Virus record (IMG/VR): IMGVR_UViG_3300047370_000075
Location: 1-24,817 of that record
DNA: 24,817 nt
Reading direction: 5' to 3' (one strand)
From: a virus
Lineage: Duplodnaviria > Caudoviricetes
Shown: positions 24,802 to 24,817 of the stretch, piece by piece
How the letters are laid out: each line of letters begins with the position of its first letter
Position numbering within the stretch: the stretch's first letter is position 1
Translations under genes and position numbers: made by a program
Notes under the pieces: generated by a model
What the model was told of the DNA's origin: nothing
The model's input: only the letters and a program-made list of their open reading frames with translations
Database searches by the model: none

Positions 24802-24817
24802 AACTGTATTGATGCGT
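24794..24817 (+). CDS. Probable 5' fragment of the next gene (MSETVLMR...), cut by the window end
   Basis: ATG overlapping the previous stop; the frame is open to the window end, but only 8 codons are visible. Confidence 0.35.

Noticed and set aside
1-24817. tRNA, rRNA, CRISPR array, intron or transposon
   Set aside because: Intergenic gaps are short and explained by promoters and terminators. I saw no cloverleaf, repeat-spacer array or interrupted core gene.

Overview
This window is the core late/replication region of a T4-like marine cyanomyovirus (Synechococcus/Prochlorococcus phage type); every convincing gene is on the + strand. Order: two small ORFs, terminase gp17, a small Zn-finger ORF, tail sheath gp18, tail tube gp19, portal gp20, a small acidic ORF, prohead protease gp21, scaffold gp22, major capsid gp23, a glycine-zipper membrane protein, gp3, uvsY, uvsW, an AT-rich ORF, late sigma gp55, gp47, a small ORF, gp46, a HEXXH-peptidase/VWA ('CobT-like') gene and an HTH-AAA+ ('CobS-like') gene, two small ORFs, sliding clamp gp45, a CxxCxxCC protein, clamp loader gp44, a small ORF and a 2OG-Fe(II) oxygenase-like gene. 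T4-type late promoters ((A/C)TAAATA), sigma70-type promoters and two C(UUCG)G hairpins are visible. The most notable points are: (1) the peptidase-VWA and HTH-AAA+ pair looks like an ATP-dependent remodelling/protease module rather than a cobalamin gene, and both genes sit behind the same motif-hairpin-(-10)-leader cassette; (2) a nested N1-N2-C2-C1 domain insertion in the tail sheath; (3) a near-consensus antisense sigma70 promoter firing into an AT-rich tract, a candidate R-loop origin or antisense RNA; (4) a hairpin enclosing the portal late promoter; (5) a late glycine-zipper membrane protein. All assignments come from motif reading and synteny; no searches were run.
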